From an uncultured Planctomycetia bacterium (lineage in GTDB: Bacteria; Omnitrophota; Gorgyraeia; 2-02-FULL-51-18), in NCBI GenBank assembly GCA_964642015.1, contig CAZXLF010000003.1, positions 100,204-164,203 of the forward strand: a stretch of DNA of 64,000 bases. Reading direction: 5' to 3'. The stretch's first letter is position 1, and each line of letters starts with the position of its first letter. Under the pieces are notes generated by a model that was not told the DNA's origin, did no database searches, and was given only the letters and a program-made list of their open reading frames with translations. Positions 54,482 through 62,079 of the stretch are shown one piece after another. A program made the translations under genes and the position numbers.

Positions 54482-55084
54482 ATGAAAAAAACTTTGTTGA
54501 CGGCTTTGATTCTTGGGTCAGTATTTCACGCTTACTTATCTCACGCCGAAGATTCTCCAAACGCAACTGAATCTGCAGCTCCGGCGGCTGTAACAGATGC
54601 CGATCAGAAAGCCGCTACGATGAATGAGCCGGCACCAGCCATAGTTCCTGCAGCGACAACCGAAACAGCACCTCCTCCGCCAGCGGTTATTCCGCCGGTT
54701 CCAGTTAACGCACCCGATGATACTCAGGCGGCCCCGGCTCCAGCAGCAGCAAACGTATCATCAACCGCCACCGCGGCTGTTACGACAACTGCTCAGACAG
54801 CACCGGTTACGACAGGGCAGACGACAACGCCTGCAGAGAATCTCGAATTTGTTTCCGGAGAGATCACCTCATCGGATGAGGCGGCAAAGACTGTAACAGT
54901 AAAACTGTACGGCGAGACGGAAAATGCCACGAATGATAAAATTTTGACCATCAAACTGGACGAAAGCACAGATATAACTGATGGCGAAAAAGACCGTGAT
55001 ATCAAATCCCTGACCAACGGCACCGAAGTGGATGTCGAATACGATCCCGCAACGAATAAAGCGACTTATATATTCGTTTATTGA
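54482..55084 (+). CDS. secreted protein with Ala/Pro/Thr-rich linker and C-terminal OB-fold-like domain
   Basis: Signal peptide ending SHA; low-complexity linker; VSGEITSSD..TVTVK..LTNGTEVDVEY beta domain; GGAG RBS. Confidence 0.8.
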   Translation: MKKTLLTALILGSVFHAYLSHAEDSPNATESAAPAAVTDADQKAATMNEPAPAIVPAATTETAPPPPAVIPPVPVNAPDDTQAAPAPAAANVSSTATAAVTTTAQTAPVTTGQTTTPAENLEFVSGEITSSDEAAKTVTVKLYGETENATNDKILTIKLDESTDITDGEKDRDIKSLTNGTEVDVEYDPATNKATYIFVY

Positions 55085-55111
55085 TCTAAAACCTGATAGA
55101 TTTTCTTCTTT

Positions 55112-55157
55112 AACACGGATAAAACAAAAAATAGCGTTTTATCCGTGTTTTGTTTTT
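55112..55157 (+). terminator. probable intrinsic terminator
   Basis: 14-bp perfect stem AACACGGATAAAAC / GTTTTATCCGTGTT, 10-nt loop, followed by TTGTTTTT. Confidence 0.7.
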
Positions 55158-55170
55158 AAACCTCAATACG

Positions 55171-56190
55171 ATGCATAGATTAAAAGAATTACTTCAACAG
55201 GTAGAGGCCGCCAATCAACGGTATGGTCTCCTTCAGAAGAATGACGCGTTAGTAGCCGGCGTTTCCGGGGGGCCGGATTCTGTGGCGCTTTTGTATCTGC
55301 TCGTAAAATTAAAGAAAAAGTATAACCTTAAGATCTGCGTCGCCCACCTAAATCATGGTTTACTGAAAAATGAGAGCAGGAAATATCAGAGTCTGGTAAA
55401 AAAAATGGCAGATGGGTTCGACATCCCTTTTTATTGCAAAGCAATCGATCTGAGAACTCTTTCAAAAAAAAATAAACGCTCCATCGAGGAAATGGGCAGG
55501 ATTGAACGTTATCATTTCTTTGAAGAAGTCGCCGCGAAAACACGCTCCAATAAAATAGTCACCGCACACACTCTTGATGATCAGGCGGAAACAGTACTTT
55601 TAAGGTTCTTGCGCGGGTCGGGATTGAAAGGCCTTGCCGGCATTCCTTATAAAAGAATACAGGGAAAACTTGAAGTTGTTCGGCCAGTTCTTTCCATTGA
55701 AAAGAAAAAACTACTGTCATTTTTGAAAGCGAATAGAATCCCATATTTGAACGACAGGACAAACGCCGACACCTTTTTCACGAGAAATAGGATCAGGCAC
55801 CATTTGCTCCCAGCGCTCGAAAAGTCTTATAATCCCCAAATCAAAAACTCTCTTTCAAGTTTGGGATCGATCTGCGAAAATATCCAGCTCTATCTTGACA
55901 AAATCTCGAGCCGCGCTACAAAAACATGCCTCAAGAAGCAAAAACGCTATGGTTCGTTAGTATTAGACTTAAAAAAACTGAATAGATTGGACTCCGCCAT
56001 CAAAAGAGAGGTTTTGTTCAAAACTCTCTCCGAATTGCAAGGCGATTCAAAGAGATTTTCTTTCGACCATATCTCCGCTGTTATTGAACTCACAAACTCC
56101 AGCAAAAACAACCTTGAGCGCCATTTACCAAATTCGATCATTGCCATAAAAAAAGAAAGGGAGTTGGAACTTCGTTTTAAGCGGCGGTGA
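55171..56190 (+). CDS. tilS: tRNA(Ile)-lysidine synthase
   Basis: SGGPDS PP-loop, HLNHGL, AHTLDDQAETVL, RNRIRH. Confidence 0.95.
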   Translation: MHRLKELLQQVEAANQRYGLLQKNDALVAGVSGGPDSVALLYLLVKLKKKYNLKICVAHLNHGLLKNESRKYQSLVKKMADGFDIPFYCKAIDLRTLSKKNKRSIEEMGRIERYHFFEEVAAKTRSNKIVTAHTLDDQAETVLLRFLRGSGLKGLAGIPYKRIQGKLEVVRPVLSIEKKKLLSFLKANRIPYLNDRTNADTFFTRNRIRHHLLPALEKSYNPQIKNSLSSLGSICENIQLYLDKISSRATKTCLKKQKRYGSLVLDLKKLNRLDSAIKREVLFKTLSELQGDSKRFSFDHISAVIELTNSSKNNLERHLPNSIIAIKKERELELRFKRR

Positions 56191-56219
56191 TTGACACCCC
56201 GTAAAAATATAGCTATAAT
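56191..56219 (+). promoter_or_regulatory. consensus sigma70 promoter of rpsU
   Basis: TTGACA-17bp-TATAAT. Confidence 0.85.
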
Positions 56220-56271
56220 CCGTTTCGTTGTCATAAATCTATGTCACTACACCAGAAAGGGAATTTGATAC

Positions 56272-56454
56272 ATGTCAAAGGTTGAGCTTGGCCCCAATGA
56301 GCCTCTCGAAAAGGCTCTTAGGCGTTTCAAGAAAAAGATCGAGCGCGAGGGTATTCTAAAAGCATTAAAAGCCAGAAAACATTACGAAAAACCCAGCGAG
56401 ATCAAAAGACGCAAGGCCCGCAGCAGTAAAAATAGAAAAAACTTCAAATTTTAA
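56272..56454 (+). CDS. rpsU: 30S ribosomal protein S21
   Basis: EPLEKALRRFKKK, HYEKPSE. Confidence 0.95.
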   Translation: MSKVELGPNEPLEKALRRFKKKIEREGILKALKARKHYEKPSEIKRRKARSSKNRKNFKF

Positions 56455-56466
56455 AAGAGGTGACTC

Positions 56467-56844
56467 TTGGCCGACGAGCACGGAGAGCCTTCGGGATTCA
56501 GCATCAAAAAAAAAGTTGATGAGTCTTGGAAGGATAATGTAGAAAAAGAAAAAGAAACGGTCGAGCCAGGTTCTGATGAAGCTTCAAACTTCCAGCCGAA
56601 TTTTTCCTCTTTCATTACCACGCTTGGTGTTCAAGCGTTCATTGCTTTGGGCGAATTTCCATCTTCGCCTAACGGAGAAACTCCTCCGCCAGCGGACCTG
56701 GTGCAAGCCAAGTCACTCATCGATATTTTAGAGATCTTGTCCGAAAAAACCAAAGGTAACCTCACTGAAGACGAGGCCAACATGCTCCAGGAAATCCTAT
56801 ATGGCCTCAAAATGAAGTTCGTCGAAAAAAGCAGCAAGCCTTAA
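56467..56844 (+). CDS. DUF1844 family protein
   Basis: VDESWK, ALG, AKSLIDILEILSEKTKGNLTEDE...LKMKFV. Confidence 0.85.
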   Translation: MADEHGEPSGFSIKKKVDESWKDNVEKEKETVEPGSDEASNFQPNFSSFITTLGVQAFIALGEFPSSPNGETPPPADLVQAKSLIDILEILSEKTKGNLTEDEANMLQEILYGLKMKFVEKSSKP

Positions 56845-56866
56845 TGATTAGTTCTGAGGAAAAAGC

Positions 56867-58048
56867 ATGAAAAAATATGAGAAGGTCGACCAGTTTTTCG
56901 AGCAAATAAAGACGCTGGGTTTCTGGCAGCGTATATTTAACTGGAGACCATTCCAAAAGTTAAGCTACGAGGCTTTTGAGGAATATAAAAGCCTTTTGGC
57001 CTCAGCTAACGCCTGCGAGGAACAATTAATTGCATCGAATAATAAAATTGGTTTGCTAACGAATGATAACGCTCATATTGAGAAGAAGTCATCGGAACAA
57101 CAAATAGAAATAAAGTCCATTAAAGATAGTTTTCAAAGCCTGCAAATAGAATTAAATCGAATAAAAGAAGAAAATGCTGTTTATAAGCGAACCGAAGCCG
57201 ATCGCGCCCAAGACCATGAGTCTAAGATAGACACGCTCACCACTATTACTTCCCGTGTTCAAAACGAGAGGGAAGATGAGAAGAGGCAGGCCACTGAAAG
57301 AGAGTTGCGGCGGTTGCATGATATGAAAGAAACGTGGTCTAGACATGAAGGTAGTGTAAAAGAAACAATAAAAATGATCTGTCAAAAACATACCATAACG
57401 TATGTCGATCAAGTTCCTTTCAAGGGAAAACCGGATAATACGATTCAAATATGCGAAGACTTCATCATTTTTGATGCAAAAAGTCCTATGTCTGATGATC
57501 TTGGAAATTTCCCGCAATACATCAAAAATCAGACCGAGCAAGTTAAAAAATATATTAAGGAGCAAAACGTCCGGAAAGATATATTTCTTGTAATTCCTTC
57601 GAATGCGGTACATGTCATCGATAATTTCAGCTATAACATGGCTGATTACAATGTGTATGTGGTAACCATTGATGTTCTGGAACCGCTCATTCTGGCTCTT
57701 CGAAAGATTGAAGATTATGAATTTGTTGAACAACTAACTCCCGAAGATCGGGAAAGTATCTGTCGGGTTATCGGTAAATTCGCGCATGTGACAAAAAGAA
57801 AGATTCAAATAGATCAATTTTTTACGAGAGAATTTATTAGCGTGCTTAAAAAATCTGAAGCAAATCTTCCTTCCGATATATTTGAGAAGGTATTGGAATT
57901 TGAAAAGTCAGAAAAGATCAACCCGCCTGTTGAAAAACGCGCAAAGCAAATTCTGATAAAGGATTTAGAAATCGAGGATGAGCACGTGCGGGAAGAGGTT
58001 AAGAAGCTCCCGCTCTATGAAGACAACGAAAACTTGCTCCCTTCTTAA
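56867..58048 (+). CDS. coiled-coil protein with RmuC-like PD-(D/E)XK nuclease domain
   Basis: Long N-terminal heptad region; GKPD...IIFDAKSP motif; GAGGA RBS. Confidence 0.65.
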   Translation: MKKYEKVDQFFEQIKTLGFWQRIFNWRPFQKLSYEAFEEYKSLLASANACEEQLIASNNKIGLLTNDNAHIEKKSSEQQIEIKSIKDSFQSLQIELNRIKEENAVYKRTEADRAQDHESKIDTLTTITSRVQNEREDEKRQATERELRRLHDMKETWSRHEGSVKETIKMICQKHTITYVDQVPFKGKPDNTIQICEDFIIFDAKSPMSDDLGNFPQYIKNQTEQVKKYIKEQNVRKDIFLVIPSNAVHVIDNFSYNMADYNVYVVTIDVLEPLILALRKIEDYEFVEQLTPEDRESICRVIGKFAHVTKRKIQIDQFFTREFISVLKKSEANLPSDIFEKVLEFEKSEKINPPVEKRAKQILIKDLEIEDEHVREEVKKLPLYEDNENLLPS

Positions 58049-58211
58049 AAATCGCGAAGAACTTCCGCATCGATCATTGTTTAGATAAAATTTTTATAAA
58101 TTTATTTTGCAGTATTTCAAACTCGTTGATATACTAGCGATTGTAAGAATAATCGGCCAAGACTATTAAAAGCACTATATACTGTATATTCACAAGGGGC
58201 TTAAGCGTTTT

Positions 58212-58451
58212 ATGGACAAACTTATCGCAAGCTTCCAGAAGAACAAGTTTGAAGAAGTCCGTGTTCAAATAAAAGAGTTTAAGGGATACGACCTTCTCGA
58301 TATACGAGTATACACCACTCTTAAAGACACCGAAGACAAGATCCCGACCGGTAAAGGCCTATCGATCAATGTATCTCATTTCCAAGATCTAAAAAAAGCA
58401 ATCTTGGAGGCGGAGACGGTTTTAAGAGAAAATAATCTGCTAAATGAATAA
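58212..58451 (+). CDS. PC4/YdbC-family ssDNA-binding protein
   Basis: EEVRVQIKEFKG..LDIRVY....PTGKGLSI PC4 signature. Confidence 0.85.
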   Translation: MDKLIASFQKNKFEEVRVQIKEFKGYDLLDIRVYTTLKDTEDKIPTGKGLSINVSHFQDLKKAILEAETVLRENNLLNE

Positions 58452-59265
58452 TATTTTTGAGTCGCTGAAAGCCGGGGTTATGGAACATCGAAAAAAAGAG
58501 GGGGAGCTGGAGAGCAGTTCTCAGAAAAAAACCCAGCACGAACTAACCCAAGAACAGCTTGCCGATATTTATTTTCCGGGTCAGGGAAAAATCAAGAAAT
58601 CAGAATATCCTACTGTCATAAAAGTCACGGAAAAATCCCGCTCCTCTTTTCTGATCCCTTGGCTCATCACTTTAGTTGCCGTAGTGATCGCGGCGTTTTG
58701 CCTTTTTTCGACTAAACGAATATTCGTGGATATCAAAGTCATCAACAACCGGGCCACATCACTTGTCTCGGAAGATAATAGCGCTGATCGGTCATCTTCT
58801 AATAGTCTATTAACGGCTCTAAGTTTGGGCGATAAACTTCCAATGCAGAATTTTGAGTTTGACGGCGCTTCTAAACTCAAAAGTTCCAAAGACCGTTCTA
58901 CCTTGACGCTGATCAATAGTTCTGTGGCGCCTTTTGCACGCGCTGTCCTCCATCTAGGAACTCCCGTGAATTTATCAGGGACCAAGATCGTTTTCTATGC
59001 AAAAGGGATGCGCGGCGGAGAGAACATAGCTTTTGCGCTGAAAGATAAAAACAATATACCCGCATTCAGCAAAAATAAGATCTACCCGTTTCCCAATGCC
59101 TTGACAACCGATTGGCAAAGGGCCGAGATCCCTTTATTCAATGCCACCAAAGAATTTGATGTAAAGAATGTGATCTGTTTACGTTTTGAATTTGGGTCAA
59201 AAGATACTGACAACAAGCCTGGGGACACGATCATGGTCAAAGATCTCCAGGTGGTGCCGCTTTAA
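58444..59265 (+). CDS. single-pass membrane protein with CBM11/galactose-binding-like domain
   Basis: TM FLIPWLITLVAVVIAAFCLF; NLSG..IVFYAKG..GGE..LKD...WQRAEIPL...LRFEF..TIMVKDL jelly-roll pattern. Confidence 0.7.
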   Translation: MNNIFESLKAGVMEHRKKEGELESSSQKKTQHELTQEQLADIYFPGQGKIKKSEYPTVIKVTEKSRSSFLIPWLITLVAVVIAAFCLFSTKRIFVDIKVINNRATSLVSEDNSADRSSSNSLLTALSLGDKLPMQNFEFDGASKLKSSKDRSTLTLINSSVAPFARAVLHLGTPVNLSGTKIVFYAKGMRGGENIAFALKDKNNIPAFSKNKIYPFPNALTTDWQRAEIPLFNATKEFDVKNVICLRFEFGSKDTDNKPGDTIMVKDLQVVPL

Positions 59266-59296
59266 TTCGAACAAGCAAAACGGAGGATATTAGAAG

Positions 59297-60379
59297 ATGC
59301 ATATTATCGCTTTGTCCAATCAAAAAGGGGGTTGCGGAAAAACGACCTCGGCCATCAATGTTGCTGCGTCTCTGGCGTCTCTTGGTAAAAGGACTTTGCT
59401 GATCGATCTAGATCCTCAAGCACACGCATCTTTCGGGTTAGGCGCGCGCAATGATAAACTTGAAAATTCGATTTATAATGTTTTGACCGAACAGACCGGT
59501 AAAAAGAAATATTTTATCGAGGATGTGATCATGCCGGTCGATACGCATCTGGATCTGGTACCTTCACATATTCTTTTGAGCACCATCGAACAGGAATACT
59601 CAAATAAAGATGAATCTGTTTCCAAGCTTTACGAAGCGCTTGCATCCCTTTCTTTTCCGTATGAGTTCGTCATCATTGATTGCCCGCCAAGCTTGGGTTT
59701 CCTTACCTTCAACGCGCTCAGGGTCGCTCAAACGGTAGTGGTACCCGTTGAGCTCAGTTCATTTTCCCTAATGGGTGTCAGCAAACTTCTGAGCATGATC
59801 GAGTTGATCCGCGTCAAGCTTCAACATACGCCGAAAGTATACGCGCTCCCGACGATGGTTGACATGAGGACCAATTTTGCCAAACACATGATCGAAGAGA
59901 TCCGCAGCGCTTTTGGCGAGAGTATTTTCAATAGCGTGATCCGTCAAACAGTTTCGGTGAAAGAATCTCAGGCGAAAGGAATCCCGGTCGTAAAATATGA
60001 CCCTAGATCGAGGGGCGCCGCCGACTATCTTATTTTAACTCAGGAAATTCTGAACAAACTGCCGAGCACTGAAGAACTGCCCGATATCAGCGGTAACGGT
60101 ACCAAAAATGGCTACCACAACCGTCTTTGCGATTTCAACCTTAAAAAAGAAGGCGTTAGGGAAGTCTATGTGGTCGGTGATTTCAATAACTGGGACGTCT
60201 CTAACAAATCTCTGCTTTGGCAGAAAGAGGACGGTGTTTGGCAGAAAAAAATAGCGCTTGAGCCGGGCCGTTACCGATACAAATTTGTCATTGATGGTGA
60301 ATGGGTGACGGACCCGACCAATCATATCCAAGAACCCAATCCGTTCGGCGGCTTAGATTCCGTTTTAGAGATCGAATAA
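59297..60379 (+). CDS. ParA/Soj-family ATPase fused to C-terminal CBM48 (AMPK-beta-type glycogen-binding domain)
   Basis: NQKGGCGKTT, DLDPQ, IIDCPPSLG; C-terminal VYVVGDFNNW..GVW..LEPGRYRYKFVIDGEW..DP; GGAGG RBS. Confidence 0.9.
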   Translation: MHIIALSNQKGGCGKTTSAINVAASLASLGKRTLLIDLDPQAHASFGLGARNDKLENSIYNVLTEQTGKKKYFIEDVIMPVDTHLDLVPSHILLSTIEQEYSNKDESVSKLYEALASLSFPYEFVIIDCPPSLGFLTFNALRVAQTVVVPVELSSFSLMGVSKLLSMIELIRVKLQHTPKVYALPTMVDMRTNFAKHMIEEIRSAFGESIFNSVIRQTVSVKESQAKGIPVVKYDPRSRGAADYLILTQEILNKLPSTEELPDISGNGTKNGYHNRLCDFNLKKEGVREVYVVGDFNNWDVSNKSLLWQKEDGVWQKKIALEPGRYRYKFVIDGEWVTDPTNHIQEPNPFGGLDSVLEIE

Positions 60380-60391
60380 CCATTATTTTTA

Positions 60392-60937
60392 ATGTCTAAA
60401 TCAGCGAAGCTGCCTTACCGCATCATTGAGTCCCGCAGCCTTTATGCCGGTCATATTATTGAACTCGTCAAAGACCGTTTCGTATTAGGCGTTGCCCCCA
60501 ACAAAGTTGTCACACGCGAACTAGTTAAACATCCCGGCGCCGTTGTGATAGTCCCGTTCATAAAAAAAGACCGAATCCTTCTGTTAAGACAATTTCGATA
60601 CGCCGCTCAAGGAAACTTGTGGGAAATACCCGCGGGAACACTGGAAGAGGGGGAGCGTCCGATTGACTGCGCCAAAAGAGAAATAGAGGAAGAAACTGGT
60701 TTCAGAGCGAAAAGGTGGCAGCGGCTCACAAGCTTTTATCCGGCACCCGGCATAAGCAATGAAATTATGACACTTTTCAAAGCTGACCAACTTGTTGAAG
60801 GGCGAAAAAACCTTGATCATGATGAATGGATCGACCATTGTGAAGTTTCTCTGAAAACCGCAAGGCAGATGATCAAAAAAGGCCTGATACGCGACGGCAA
60901 AACGATCGCGGGCATATTATGGGTTTCAAGTTTTTGA
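60392..60937 (+). CDS. Nudix hydrolase, ADP-ribose/ADP-sugar pyrophosphatase (NudF) type
   Basis: HPGAV, RQFRY, Nudix box GTLEEGERPIDCAKREIEEETG, downstream YPAPG, IRDGKT. Confidence 0.88.
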   Translation: MSKSAKLPYRIIESRSLYAGHIIELVKDRFVLGVAPNKVVTRELVKHPGAVVIVPFIKKDRILLLRQFRYAAQGNLWEIPAGTLEEGERPIDCAKREIEEETGFRAKRWQRLTSFYPAPGISNEIMTLFKADQLVEGRKNLDHDEWIDHCEVSLKTARQMIKKGLIRDGKTIAGILWVSSF

Positions 60938-61024
60938 TCAGATTTTATAATTTAGTTTAAAACCTTTTAGACAGTCCTTGATAATTCAGAGTGTAGAGCA
61001 TAAAATAAAGGTGTATGAGAGCCC

Positions 61025-61609
61025 ATGCTTAAAGAAGCCAAAATATCTTCGGTGATGTCGCTTTTCCCGCTGCCTCAATACGTTGTAGTTCTGGAGGATA
61101 TCGAAAAAACACGCCTCGTCCCGATCTGGATCGGCGTCAACGAAGGCAATGCGATAGCATTGGAGATACAAGGCGAGAAATTCCCGCGACCTCTGACACA
61201 TGATCTGATGGCAAATATCATAAAAGAAATGGGCGCTCAAATCGAGAAAGTTGTCGTCAGCGACCTGAAAGATAACAGCTATTACGCTTTGATCTATATC
61301 AAACAGAATGGAAAGACTTGGGAAATAGATGCGCGTCCTTCGGATTCGCTGGCTTTGGCCGTGCGCGTTCAATGTCCCATATATATTGATGAAAAGGTTT
61401 TGGACAAATGTCCTCAGATCGACCGCCCGATCACACAGGAAGAGATAGAAAAATTCAAGGAGGATCTGAAAAAAATGTCCCCTGAGGAATTTTTTAAATC
61501 ATTGGAAGAAGCGCCTTCCGCCGAAGAACCGCATCTAGGGACCGAATTCGGAGAAGATCCCGACGAAGAAGACAATGAAGAGGATGATGATCAAGAAGAA
61601 AATCAGTGA
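61025..61609 (+). CDS. bifunctional nuclease family (DUF151) protein with acidic tail
   Basis: VPIWIG..E..AI, PRPLTHDL, IDARPSDSLALAVR. Confidence 0.9.
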   Translation: MLKEAKISSVMSLFPLPQYVVVLEDIEKTRLVPIWIGVNEGNAIALEIQGEKFPRPLTHDLMANIIKEMGAQIEKVVVSDLKDNSYYALIYIKQNGKTWEIDARPSDSLALAVRVQCPIYIDEKVLDKCPQIDRPITQEEIEKFKEDLKKMSPEEFFKSLEEAPSAEEPHLGTEFGEDPDEEDNEEDDDQEENQ

Positions 61610-61647
61610 ATAACGATTTAATCATATCAACTACACGGAGGCGCCTG

Positions 61648-62028
61648 ATGCAAAGCACTTGGATTAAGTTTCTGATCGTAGGAAGTTTCATAATGTTTCT
61701 TGCGGGTTTCAAATCAGCCTGGGCGTCTGACGCTCCGGTAGCCCCAACAGATAATGTAGATTATGGCACTGGTGTAGGCAAGAAATTGGGTCGGGGCATA
61801 TCCAACGTGGCATTCGGATGGCTTGAAATTCCGAAAGGCGTCGAAGATGTCGGGGATAAAAATAATTTTATAGCCGCAGCGACTTGGGGGCCGATTTATG
61901 GCGCAGGAAAAGCCGCCGTAAGAACTTTGGCGGGCGCTTATGAAATCGCGACTTTTCCAGTTCCGTGGCCTAAAAATTTTGAACCACTGGTACAACCCGA
62001 GTTTATGCTCGGAGATAGCTGGCAATAA
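61648..62028 (+). CDS. TIGR04073-like (exosortase-system-associated) secreted/membrane protein
   Basis: GGAG RBS, signal peptide, KLGRGISNVAFGWLEIPK and RTLAGAYEIATFPVP. Confidence 0.75.
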   Translation: MQSTWIKFLIVGSFIMFLAGFKSAWASDAPVAPTDNVDYGTGVGKKLGRGISNVAFGWLEIPKGVEDVGDKNNFIAAATWGPIYGAGKAAVRTLAGAYEIATFPVPWPKNFEPLVQPEFMLGDSWQ

Positions 62029-62079
62029 GCATCCTATCCCTCCTTTTGAAGAAACGTATAATATAATTAAGGGTGCTTT

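Noticed and set aside
54560-54835. Repetitive GCN/CCN/ACN-rich DNA
   Set aside because: Encodes a low-complexity Ala/Pro/Thr linker; no fixed-period repeat or CRISPR structure.
53020-55150. Possible integrative island downstream of the CAT tRNA
   Set aside because: No integrase, transposase or duplicated tRNA 3' end found; treated only as a variable gene patch.
58177-58189. Palindrome ATATAC-T-GTATAT upstream of the PC4 gene, similar to the site at 21110
   Set aside because: Short, AT-rich and with a different spacer length; likely chance.
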